Below, piece after piece: positions 25,204 through 34,727 of a stretch of 64,000 nt of DNA. Both the position numbers and the translations under genes were made by a program. The notes under the pieces were generated by a model. It was not told the origin of the DNA and searched no databases. It worked only from the letters and a program-made list of their open reading frames with translations. This stretch comes from an uncultured Hormoscilla sp. GTDB taxonomy: Bacteria > Cyanobacteriota > Cyanobacteriia > Cyanobacteriales > Desertifilaceae. Numbering within the stretch: the first letter of the stretch is position 1; every line of letters begins with the position of its first letter. The stretch is from assembly GCA_963921275.4 (NCBI GenBank), contig OZ001293.3, positions 6,144,001 through 6,208,000 on the forward strand. Reading direction: 5' to 3'.

Positions 25204-25600
25204 GGATTGACATGACCAAAATGCTTACTGTCACTGGTACAAGTAGTAGTTCCTTCTCCCCAGATCTCAGGCGAGCGAATCTCAAAGATAGCATTGATTA
25301 CCTCTGCGATCGCCTCTTTTGCTGCCACACTGGTTGAAAACAAAAACTGGCAAGTCGAGGAAAATTGGTTACCTTTTGTAACAAAGAGTATTTTTTTTAG
25401 TGGTTAGTATAAGATGTCTCTAGATTGGTATGAAGTAAATCCATGTGCCGTAACTCAAGTCTTAAGCGTGTCCACATACGCTGTCACTTTTTAACGGTTA
25501 TCGATGTTTAAAGGGCAAGTCAATATTAATTTCTTCTGACTCCTACAAGGTTAATTCTTCTCCTCAAGTTCCTCAAATCTATCCAAACTTAAAAGGTCTT

Positions 25601-26560
25601 TTGCTTTGTCGGATGCGAAGAGCAGAACATCTGAGAGATTTTATCGCAGAGCAGCTGCTTTCGCTCCAGGACTTATGCCACCCAGTATTCATTCGCAATG
25701 ACATTACAGATTCAGTGCCTGTCGAAAATCTGCCTAGCGTTTTCGACTTTTCGGTTGAGAAGGCGATTGATGAGATAAAAATGGTTCGAGATCTTGGGAT
25801 CAAACATTTTGTTGTGCGCCCTCGTCCTGATAAAGTATTGGCTGACGATCCACAAACTGTTCTGAAATTTGAAGCTGAAGTTATTGAAAAAATTGCTAAG
25901 GCTTGTCCTGATGTGATCAAGCTCATTAATGGATATTTCGGCATGACTAGAAGCAATGGTCATTATGGTAAGGTCAACGATGACGGTTCGGTTAATTTGG
26001 AGGAATCTTTGCGCGAGCTAACCGAACATGCAATTGTTCAAGGTCAGGCTGGAGGAGATATTATTATTTCACTCGGTCGTCTCGATAATGCTGTTAGCTC
26101 GATACGCACTGGACTTAACTCTGTTGGTTTACATAACGTCGCGATTCTTGCCTATTCAGTCAATTTTGGCTCCTCTTTAGCTCACGCTATGCTCGATGGA
26201 ACCGAAATGGCAGAGAATGCTTACACTCAGACTATAGCTAGCAAAATTGGTGTTGGAAATATTGAAGAGGCTTTGCGCCAAACAGCGATTGAAGTCGCTC
26301 AAGGCGCTGATTACCTTGGTGTCAAGCCAGCAACTATCTTTCTCGATGCCATCGCAAGGGTTAAGCAGGAGTTTAAGCTACCAGTTGCGACTTATATCGT
26401 TTCTAAGGAATATTGCATGGTGAAAGCAGCAGCTGAACGTGGCTGGATCAATGAGCATGACACTGTTATAGAATATATGCTTAGCATGAAGCGTGCTGGT
26501 GCTGACAAAATCTTCAGCTACTGGGTTCACGATCTAGTTCGCTGGTTAAGATCTGGTTGA
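25601..26560 (+). CDS. Divergent porphobilinogen synthase (HemB/ALAD) homologue
   Basis: RMRR, DLCHPVF, QGADYLGVKPA, YIVSKEYCMVKAAAERGWI, KRAGADKIFSY. Metal-ligand segment and first Lys are altered. Confidence 0.85.
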   Translation: MLCRMRRAEHLRDFIAEQLLSLQDLCHPVFIRNDITDSVPVENLPSVFDFSVEKAIDEIKMVRDLGIKHFVVRPRPDKVLADDPQTVLKFEAEVIEKIAKACPDVIKLINGYFGMTRSNGHYGKVNDDGSVNLEESLRELTEHAIVQGQAGGDIIISLGRLDNAVSSIRTGLNSVGLHNVAILAYSVNFGSSLAHAMLDGTEMAENAYTQTIASKIGVGNIEEALRQTAIEVAQGADYLGVKPATIFLDAIARVKQEFKLPVATYIVSKEYCMVKAAAERGWINEHDTVIEYMLSMKRAGADKIFSYWVHDLVRWLRSG

Positions 26561-26606
26561 TCGATCCAATTTTAAGATTGATTTAGAAATTAACTTTGAA
26601 GGAAAG

Positions 26607-27515
26607 ATGAGCGACGTGACTAATTCTACTCCAGGTGGCATTGCTACTCGACCGCTTGGTAAAACCGGCAGACGAGTAACTGTTATAGGCTTGGGTACAG
26701 CGCCGATTGGATTAAGTGGTTATCAAGATCCAAATTTCGACCAGAAACGGTCAGAGAAGGAGTCTTTATGTGCGATTGAAACTGCTATCGAGCACGGCAT
26801 TACTTTTTTCGATACGGCACCAGCTTATGGTAACAAAGTCCCCACCGATGGTTGGTCAACTGACCGAGCCTCAGAACGAATGCTTGGTTTGATACTCGGG
26901 CAATATCGCGCTGACCGAGAACAGCTTTTTATAGCCACTAAAAATATGTTCGATCAGATGGATGCTGACGGTATCCGTAGATCATTGGATTATAGTTTGA
27001 AGCTATTGCAGACTGACTACGTCGATCTCTTTCAAATTCATGGAATTGTTGCTAATTCTTTCCGAGCTGATAATTGGCGGCAGTTCGTTACTGATGAGGT
27101 ACTGCAGGTTTTTTTAGATTTACAAAAAGAAGGCAAAACTCGTTATATTGGCATTTCAGGATACCGTGAGGGAGGCTTATCCGCTGCGATTGAGAGTAAT
27201 TACTTCCAGACGGTTATGCCGCAATTCAATTACTTTTATCGAAGCCCCGAATGGGAGTTAGTCAAGCTGGCACAGCAACATAGAGTAGCTGTTATTCCAA
27301 TGCGTCCAGTCACTGGTGGTTTGTTTCAAAAGCTTCAAAAAGATTGGTTGTTAGAACAAGTACCTCCAATCAATCCATTCAAGATGGCAATGAAGTACAT
27401 TCTTCAGTTTGACTGCGTCTCGACCATTCCGGTAGGAATGCGCACCAGTCAAGAAGTTGAACAAAATGTGCGCTTGATCAAGAAACTTGATAGTGAGATG
27501 GGATTGTCTCGCTAA
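26607..27515 (+). CDS. Aldo/keto reductase
   Basis: RPLGKTG, FFDTAPAYG, SERMLG, FIATK, LQTDYVDLFQIH, GKTRYIGISG. Confidence 0.9.
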   Translation: MSDVTNSTPGGIATRPLGKTGRRVTVIGLGTAPIGLSGYQDPNFDQKRSEKESLCAIETAIEHGITFFDTAPAYGNKVPTDGWSTDRASERMLGLILGQYRADREQLFIATKNMFDQMDADGIRRSLDYSLKLLQTDYVDLFQIHGIVANSFRADNWRQFVTDEVLQVFLDLQKEGKTRYIGISGYREGGLSAAIESNYFQTVMPQFNYFYRSPEWELVKLAQQHRVAVIPMRPVTGGLFQKLQKDWLLEQVPPINPFKMAMKYILQFDCVSTIPVGMRTSQEVEQNVRLIKKLDSEMGLSR

Positions 27516-27595
27516 TTTCTTGAGGGCACCTAATTGCCCGTTTGTGATAACTGGTCGTATTTGATTGGCGATAGCCAATAGATTGAGATAGTAAC

Positions 27596-27871
27596 ATGAA
27601 CACACCCAACTATAGCAACGATATTTTTGAGCGTGTCGTCGATACATTACGAAGTTGTATTCCTAAACGTTCTCGCACAGCTGAAATGCAAATGGAAACT
27701 CAACTTACCGACTTCGGCATGGACTCACTTGTTTTTCTAGAATTTCTACTAGCTTTAGAGGCAGAGTTCGAGCTGAATCTTACTGGAGATGTTCTGAAAT
27801 TGAAGCAAGTGCTAACAGTTGGAGATGCAGTGGAATTAGTTAGCAACGAACTCACGAAGGTGAATATATGA
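27596..27871 (+). CDS. Acyl carrier protein
   Basis: GMDSL phosphopantetheine site, LEAEF, TVGD; 91 aa. Confidence 0.9.
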   Translation: MNTPNYSNDIFERVVDTLRSCIPKRSRTAEMQMETQLTDFGMDSLVFLEFLLALEAEFELNLTGDVLKLKQVLTVGDAVELVSNELTKVNI

Positions 27872-28809
27872 ATTCAACTCCCGTTGCTGCTATTGGAAAC
27901 TTAGGATATGCCCTTGGTGACTTATACCCGCTTCAAGTTTTGGATGTACTAGCAGATAATCAAAAGTTACTGACTGCACTCAAAGCTAAAGGCATTTTGC
28001 ATTTTGCTCAAGCTACTGATACTCCAGTTGAACTTGCTTATCGTGCAGCGCGTGAGACGCTTGATTCATCAGAGGTAAAAGCCAAAGACATTGAGGCGAT
28101 TGTTTATGCCTCAACCAGTTTCTGGAAAAAGCAGTTCTACTCTGAAAGGGATATAGCTTGGTTGATGAATCAGCTAGGCTTGGTAAATGCTTATCCAGTT
28201 GGCGTGTTCTTACCTGGTTGTGCCAATGCTATTTCATCAATGCGCGTAGCCATCAATATGATCCGCGCTGAAGATTACCGTAATGTTATGGTAGTGACCA
28301 CTGATAAAGTGATTCCAAGAGACAGTGTCAAACGTATAATGTGGCCGGATGTCTCTGTCTTATCTGATGCTGCTGCATCTTTTCTGGTTACACCAGGTAA
28401 CCAGGGTGAATTTAATGTGATTTCAGCCAGTAATAAAAGTACACCGTTGATGTGGGATCTCGACAATCAGAGTAATTTGGCTGCATTCCTAGTGTCAACG
28501 GTTAAAGGTGCGCAGCAGACAGTAGCAGAGGCACTGCAGTTAGCTAATGTCGCTCCCAGCAGCATCCGTACCTTATTAAGTAATAACTATAATAATGATG
28601 TCATGGGAATGATGGCACGCAAATGTGGATTAAATGAAGATCGAGTCTACCTTGGTAATGTATCGCGCTTCGCTCATGCGTACGCTGCCGACACCCTGAT
28701 TAATCTTAAGGATCACCTTAGTAAATCACATGCTAAACAGGGTGACTGTTTCATGCTTCTCGGTACGGGGCACAAGAACTGGGGAGCCGTTGTGTTGCAA
28801 AAAACTTGA
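27868..28809 (+). CDS. FabH/KAS III-like condensing or acyl-transfer enzyme
   Basis: Catalytic-position PGCAN, SDAAAS, AHAYAADTLINL, GxG...WGA; ATGA overlap with the ACP stop. Confidence 0.8.
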   Translation: MNSTPVAAIGNLGYALGDLYPLQVLDVLADNQKLLTALKAKGILHFAQATDTPVELAYRAARETLDSSEVKAKDIEAIVYASTSFWKKQFYSERDIAWLMNQLGLVNAYPVGVFLPGCANAISSMRVAINMIRAEDYRNVMVVTTDKVIPRDSVKRIMWPDVSVLSDAAASFLVTPGNQGEFNVISASNKSTPLMWDLDNQSNLAAFLVSTVKGAQQTVAEALQLANVAPSSIRTLLSNNYNNDVMGMMARKCGLNEDRVYLGNVSRFAHAYAADTLINLKDHLSKSHAKQGDCFMLLGTGHKNWGAVVLQKT

Positions 28810-28861
28810 TCGGCGTGACATCGTGAGACTATAAACACAAATCAGAAATTATAGATTGTCA

Positions 28862-29584
28862 ATGGAAAACATACAAGCCAAAACAAACAACACAGCCAAT
28901 GGAGGTAAAAATATAATAGCGCTAGATCACTTACGTAATGTCTTGAGCGTGCGCTATTCAGCTAGAGCATTCCTACCCGAGGTGCTGTCACGCGAACGGA
29001 TTGAGCGACTCCTCGAGGCTGCTGCGCTGTCGCCATCTTGGTGTAATACGCAGCCTTGGAAAGCTTATGTGGCTTCCAGTACGACTTTGAATGAGATCAG
29101 CAAGGATTTGGTTAAGGCGGCACGAGACCGCTGTGATACTCCTGATATCCCGTTTATCTCTGAATATCCAGAACCCTATCAAAGCCGTAAGCAAGAAGCT
29201 GACGAGGCATTGCGATTAGCCAGAGGTATTAATCCTACTGATTATCGTAGTCTAGTTCATGCAGTATATGCTAACTGGCGCTTCTTTGATGCCCCTCAGG
29301 CATTATTTTTAACCGTTCCTGCATCATTCGGTCCTTATGCTCTACTCGATCTGGGTTGTTTCTTACAGAGCTTCTTGCTGGCTTGCGTTACTGATAATCT
29401 AGCTGCCTGTCCACAAGCATCTCTAGCGCAATATCCTGAAGCAGTGCGACGAAACTTACCAATTGAGGCAGATGAATTGATTGCCTGCGGAGTTTCTTTC
29501 GGTGTCCCTGACCCTAATGCTGGTGCTAATAAATATAGAACTAGTCGCATTGGAGTTTCTGATTTTGTCCATTTCCAAGAGTAG
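28862..29584 (+). CDS. Nitroreductase-family flavoprotein
   Basis: RYSARAF, SPSWCNTQPW, FFDAP, DLGCFLQSFLL, ACPQAS. Confidence 0.9.
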   Translation: MENIQAKTNNTANGGKNIIALDHLRNVLSVRYSARAFLPEVLSRERIERLLEAAALSPSWCNTQPWKAYVASSTTLNEISKDLVKAARDRCDTPDIPFISEYPEPYQSRKQEADEALRLARGINPTDYRSLVHAVYANWRFFDAPQALFLTVPASFGPYALLDLGCFLQSFLLACVTDNLAACPQASLAQYPEAVRRNLPIEADELIACGVSFGVPDPNAGANKYRTSRIGVSDFVHFQE

Positions 29585-29613
29585 ATAAAACCTGCTCATA
29601 TAGTGACTTTTGA

Positions 29614-31275
29614 GTGATTAAAATGACTGTTCATATTCCAATGTCTGTTTGCTCAACTCCCAGTTGGCGTATTGGTGAGATTGCAAAGCTCCTTGCAGCC
29701 AATACGTATAATACACTGACTTACTTTGATGCATCAGGGATAGCTCAGATTCGATATTTCCCAGAGATTATGCAAGATGCTTTATCAACTTTGGCTCTGT
29801 TGCGCAAGATATGCAACTCAACTCAACTTGGTAACCGTTGTGCTATTGTCGGTAACCCCGGATATCCTTGGTTGTTAGTAGCGCTAGCCTGTATTGTAGC
29901 CAAGATAGAGATTGTTGCTATACCAGAGTCTTTAGAAGATAGTGAAGTTCAGGCTAGTCTTCAAGACTTATCACTAGACTTTGTGGCTACAGAAACTAAA
30001 TTCGCGAATTATAATGTTTTTCAGGGTCTACCACATCTGAATCTAGATAGCCTATTAAAATAAATCACCAGCATTGACTCGATTCCCGAACCACCCGAGG
30101 ATGGAGAATTTAGCTTGGTTGCATTCACATCAGGCTCGACTTCAACAGCTAAGGTTAAGTCATTTCGTGTTAATTCAGCTTCCACAGAATTGTTCATTGA
30201 TACTTTTGTCGAACTATATAGATTTACCCATGACGAAAACTGGATAGTATGCCATTCGTTTTCTCATATCGTTCACTTAGAATATGTGTTGGGAGGGTTA
30301 TGTTGGGGTTACAATATTACTATTACTGATCCACTTAGACTTGTCCTTAATGCCGCGCAACTCAAACCTTCAATTTTAGTAACAGTTCCTGGTGTGTACG
30401 AGCAGATAGTTGGGCTAATTAAGAGCAAGTTGCCCAAAAGTGGCCCGCGGAGAGCATTGATTAACAAGCTTCTGGAGCAGCCAGTTAGCGAAGAAACGCG
30501 ATTACTTGCGCAAACAATACAACCGATATTAATGCCTGAGATTAACAAGCTACTTGGTAACCAGCTAAAAGTTATGATCTTTGGTTCTGCCCCCTCTACA
30601 AAGGAACTTAAGCGTACCCTCATTCTATTCGGTTTGCCAGTTTACGAAGGGTATGGTATGTCTGAAACTAATATGTTGACCTGCAATTTACCAAATCAAT
30701 ATCGCTACAACACGGTTAATCCTGTCTGGCCCGGAGTTGAACTAAAACTTAATGAAAAAGGAGTTATTCAGGCTAAGCTTCAATGCAAGCGCACTAGCAG
30801 TTATCTCAATCTTACTACTGAGGAAAATGCCCAGACCTTTATTGGAGACGGTTGGATCGATACTGGAGATGTTGGTGAATTTGAAGATGGATTTTTAAGT
30901 ATCATTGGTCGTGTTAAGGAACTGATTATTACTAATCGTGGTGAGAATGTGAACCCCGCACCAATCGAGTTGAAGCTGAAGAAAATAGAAGGATTTAAAG
31001 ATGCTTTAGTTTTCGGTAACAATAAACCCTTTCTAGTCGCTGTACTAGCTCCATATCAAGCTAACTCCCCGTTAAACTCAGACCGGATTACAGCAGCAGT
31101 TACGGTGATTAATAAGAGCCTTCCTGTATCGGAGCGAATCCGCGACTACTTGCTTATCAAAGAGCCTTTCACTGAAGCCAATGGGCTACTAACCCGTTCT
31201 GGAAAGTCGCGCATATCTCTCATTGAAGAACGTTTTCAATCCGAAATTGAAGCACTTTATGAACGTCATAATTAA
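29614..31275 (+). pseudogene. AMP-dependent (acyl-CoA/ACP) ligase with one in-frame stop
   Basis: ORFs 29614..30063 and 30115..31275 share a frame; TAA at 30061-30063. Motifs FTSGST, YEGYGMSE, TGD, GRVKELI, GENVNP. Confidence 0.85.
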
Positions 31276-31291
31276 TAAAGTTGGAGTTACC

Positions 31292-32104
31292 ATGAGCGGC
31301 ATTTGTTCCCTACAAGGTGAGGTTATGAATAAAATTGATAACCTAGGTTGTAAAGTGATACTAGGAGACTTTGATTATGTTGCTAAACCGACGATTATTC
31401 GCGACTGCTTTGAGTTTACTTGGAACGAATGGGAAAGTAAGATTAATTACCTTCTTAAGACAATAGATCCTAAAATCACACCCTTGGTAAGCCTCTATGC
31501 TCGTGTCCGCGGAGTTCAGGAGGCTCAATTGCTGGAGCAGTTGTCACATGTTGCTAATAATTATCCTGACCTTGGTGTGTTGTTCCACTTTTTCGATGTC
31601 GAAGCCATGTCTCGTGCACTCGATATTTATCGAGGACGACCATTGATTAATTATGTTAGTGGAGAGAAATGGGCACTTGAGCGGATCTTACCGCTGCTTA
31701 AACGTCATCCAGTTCCAATAGTTATACAACCAATTGGTGACATGGGTATACCACCGACAGTGAACGAGCGTATGGAGATTATCCAGCATATTGCCAATAC
31801 TTTTACGCGAGTTGGCATCGACCGCCGAGATATATACGTTGATGGTCTAACTCCAGCACTTGGCACCCTTGAGTTTTCACTTCAAGTTAGCCTCAAAACA
31901 ATAACTGCTGCCAAGGAGGCAGGTTTCGAGACTATCTTATGGCCAGCAAACGCTGGTCTTGGACATCCTGACGGTAAATTTATTGCTGCTACTTATGCTG
32001 CAATGGCTGTACAAGCTGGCTTAGATCTAGCTGTCGTAGCATCGGCTGATAGAGAAATTTATACAGCTATTGCTCAAGCTAACCTAATTCTCCGAGATAG
32101 TTAG
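31292..32104 (+). CDS. Pterin-binding domain protein (MetH/AcsE/DHPS-like barrel)
   Basis: RPLINYVSGE, GIPPT..ER, GIDRRDIYVD, AVQAGLDLAV; GGAG RBS before ATG 31292. Confidence 0.7.
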   Translation: MSGICSLQGEVMNKIDNLGCKVILGDFDYVAKPTIIRDCFEFTWNEWESKINYLLKTIDPKITPLVSLYARVRGVQEAQLLEQLSHVANNYPDLGVLFHFFDVEAMSRALDIYRGRPLINYVSGEKWALERILPLLKRHPVPIVIQPIGDMGIPPTVNERMEIIQHIANTFTRVGIDRRDIYVDGLTPALGTLEFSLQVSLKTITAAKEAGFETILWPANAGLGHPDGKFIAATYAAMAVQAGLDLAVVASADREIYTAIAQANLILRDS

Positions 32105-32341
32105 ATGACAACTTCATTTCAAAAAGATCTCGAGTCTTTGCGTTCACAAATTGATGATATTGATAACAAGCTATTGGAGCTATTAGTGCACAGAGTCGAA
32201 ATTTCAAGCATCATTGCTAAGATGCTGAAGCTCCCTGAAGATTGGATATCAGAGTTATTCAAGATCGTCCTACTAGGTTGTAGAACTATTTCGCATGAGC
32301 GTCTCGAAAATGAACGATCAAGTCGAGAATATATTGACTAA
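32105..32341 (+). CDS. Chorismate mutase type II / PchB-like protein, probably internally deleted
   Basis: LESLRSQIDDIDNKLLELLVHR helix; the central RE-containing segment appears to be missing. Confidence 0.7.
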   Translation: MTTSFQKDLESLRSQIDDIDNKLLELLVHRVEISSIIAKMLKLPEDWISELFKIVLLGCRTISHERLENERSSREYID

Positions 32342-32368
32342 AAGACAACATTAGTTAAGGAGTTCAAA

Positions 32369-32650
32369 ATGACAATTCTTCGTGTTTTTCTGCAATCACC
32401 TCTTGACACTGTAGTTGGGGTGACAAAAGAAGAGACAAAATCGATTAATGCTGATACCGTTTACGGGGCTTTGATTGATCTATGTAACTCACATCCTAGC
32501 TTGCGGAATCGGTTGTTCAATGGCGAGCAGCTTAATCCATTTATTAACGTCTTTCTGAATGGTGAGTTGGTGCAACCCTATCAGTGCAAACAACAACCTA
32601 TTACTGACTATGACGAGCTATGTTTATTGTTTGCAATCCGCGGAGGTTGA
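32369..32650 (+). CDS. MoaD/ThiS ubiquitin-like sulfur carrier
   Basis: 93 aa; FINVFLNGE; C-terminal AIRGG. Confidence 0.88.
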   Translation: MTILRVFLQSPLDTVVGVTKEETKSINADTVYGALIDLCNSHPSLRNRLFNGEQLNPFINVFLNGELVQPYQCKQQPITDYDELCLLFAIRGG

Positions 32651-32652
32651 TC

Positions 32653-33066
32653 ATGATTGTGCCACAACATATCAGAAATCAAATTATTTTACATTGCCAA
32701 GAAAAGGCACCTTATCAGGCTTGTGGATTAGTTCTCTTTAACTCAGATGGTGTTGCTCAGTCGGTTGAGAAGGCGACTAATTACGGTGCCTGGCCTTACG
32801 GTTTCCATATTGCCCCCAAATCGCAGCTTAATGCCTTCCGTAGAGCACAGAAGAAAGGCTGGTCGATTGGGGGAGTTTATCATTGCCATGCAGTATCAGA
32901 GGCAATCCCAACCGGTCGAGACCTTGAACGTCCAGTTCCCCCTAATATCCTCTACATCATTGTTTCACTACTATTCCCAGATCGACCGGAAATTCGTGGT
33001 TTCACTTTAACCAATGGTGTCCCAAGTCCTATCGATCTCGACACTGGTAAATCGTTGATTCACTAG
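32653..33066 (+). CDS. JAB/Mov34 (M67) metallopeptidase
   Basis: PYQACGL (Q where E is usual) and YHCHAVSEAIPTGRD, a HxH-x10-D pattern. Confidence 0.85.
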   Translation: MIVPQHIRNQIILHCQEKAPYQACGLVLFNSDGVAQSVEKATNYGAWPYGFHIAPKSQLNAFRRAQKKGWSIGGVYHCHAVSEAIPTGRDLERPVPPNILYIIVSLLFPDRPEIRGFTLTNGVPSPIDLDTGKSLIH

Positions 33067-33122
33067 AGTTTACTAGTCCTACATAACTAACATGGATTTT
33101 GTCCTGTACTTAGGGTGAACCT

Positions 33123-34544
33123 ATGTCTATCATTCCCGATCGTATTAACTGGCTTCTTCACCAACAAGAACTCTATCAATTTCTTGTAACTTGTCAGCAT
33201 AATTTTACAGCCCAAGATAGCGAACGAATTATTAGTTTCTCTCAAGCCTTAAACCCACTCGATCCGCTAGCATTTTGTCAAGCAGCTTCTCCCACAAAAA
33301 ATCAATCATATTTTTATCTTGAAAATCCCAGAAAAAAGCAAGCAATAGCTGCTGTTGGAATCACCAAATCAACCACTATTGATTCTCCAAACCGCTTTCT
33401 CAAATCCCGGAAATTTGTTCAGTCTTGTCTTCAGAAAAATATTTGCACTGGCGATCTTCAATTGCCAGGTAGTGGACCATATTTTTTCTGTAATTTCACC
33501 TTCTTCGATTCTCCGGAAAATAGCGACCATTTGTTTCCCTCTGCTACTATTTTTTTACCTATTTTTTATGTATATATATCCAAAAAATGCTGTGTTTTAG
33601 TAGCTAATTTTATTGTCGATTTTAAACGAGATATAGAACTGACTTTCCAGGAAATTCAACAGCAATTTAAAGCTATCCGGAATGCTACTCGCAGTTCTAT
33701 TAACTTAACGTTTATACCACCAGAACAATTGATCCGAAAAGCCTCAGATCATCTTTCCAACTACCAAACATCAGTCATATAAATCTTAAAATCTATTCAC
33801 AAAAAGCAGGTTAGTAAAGTTGTACTTGCCCACACCCTCGATGTCATTTCCCTCATTCCCTTTGGAGTCTTTGAATCTCTTAATCGTCTGCGGCGGCGAC
33901 ATCCCAATTGCTATATCTTCTCTATTAGTAATGGCAACGATAACCACTTTATGGGTGCTAGTCCCGAACGTCTCCTTAGTATCCACAACCAAAAACTTGT
34001 TACCGATGTTCTTGCCGGTTCTGCACCCAGAGGGAAAATAACTTCAGAGGATATCAGCTTTGCCAACAGACTATTGCGGAGTGAAAAAGAGAGGCGAGAA
34101 CACCAAGCTGTGAGTGATTTTATCACCCAGCAGCTTTACCAACTAGGATTGCAACCCCTGCAGTCTCCGCTACAACTGTTGCAACTCTCTAATATTCAAC
34201 ATTTGTGGATGCAAATTCAAGCAAGCGTTCCAAGCGACCTCCATCCTCTCGATATAGTTGCCCAATTGCATCCCACTCCAGCAGTTGCCGGAGTTCCCAC
34301 TGAAATAGCCTGCGAACAAATTCGCCGCTACGAAACTTTTAATCGCACTCTCTATGCTGCGCCGGTAGGCTGGGTAGACTATCAAGGCAATGGAGAATTT
34401 ATTGTTGGTATTCGATCTGCCATGATTTCAGGAAATCGCGCCCGCCTTTATGCAGGAGCAGGCATTGTAGCTGGTTCCGATCCTAATAAGGAACTTGCAG
34501 AGGTTGAACTCAAACTACGATCGCTTTTGAGTGATTTGGGGTAG
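33123..34544 (+). pseudogene. menF: Isochorismate synthase (MenF-like) with one in-frame stop
   Basis: 33123..33782 and 33951..34544 share a frame; TAA at 33780-33782 then KVVLAH, GASPERL, LHPTPAVAG, GIRSA, AGAGIVAGS. Confidence 0.88.
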
Positions 34545-34727
34545 CTCGCCCCATTATCCCATTTTCCTAGGGTGTGTCATCAAATAGGGAGGAAAGTAGG
34601 ATAAACTCAAAAGCGCCACTGTCCAACCCCCCAAACCATGAGTGATATGAGCACCCGCCGCTATGCGTGATGATCAACAGAATTCTTGAGATAACATCAA
34701 AAACAGTTGAGCCAATTGAGGAAGAAG

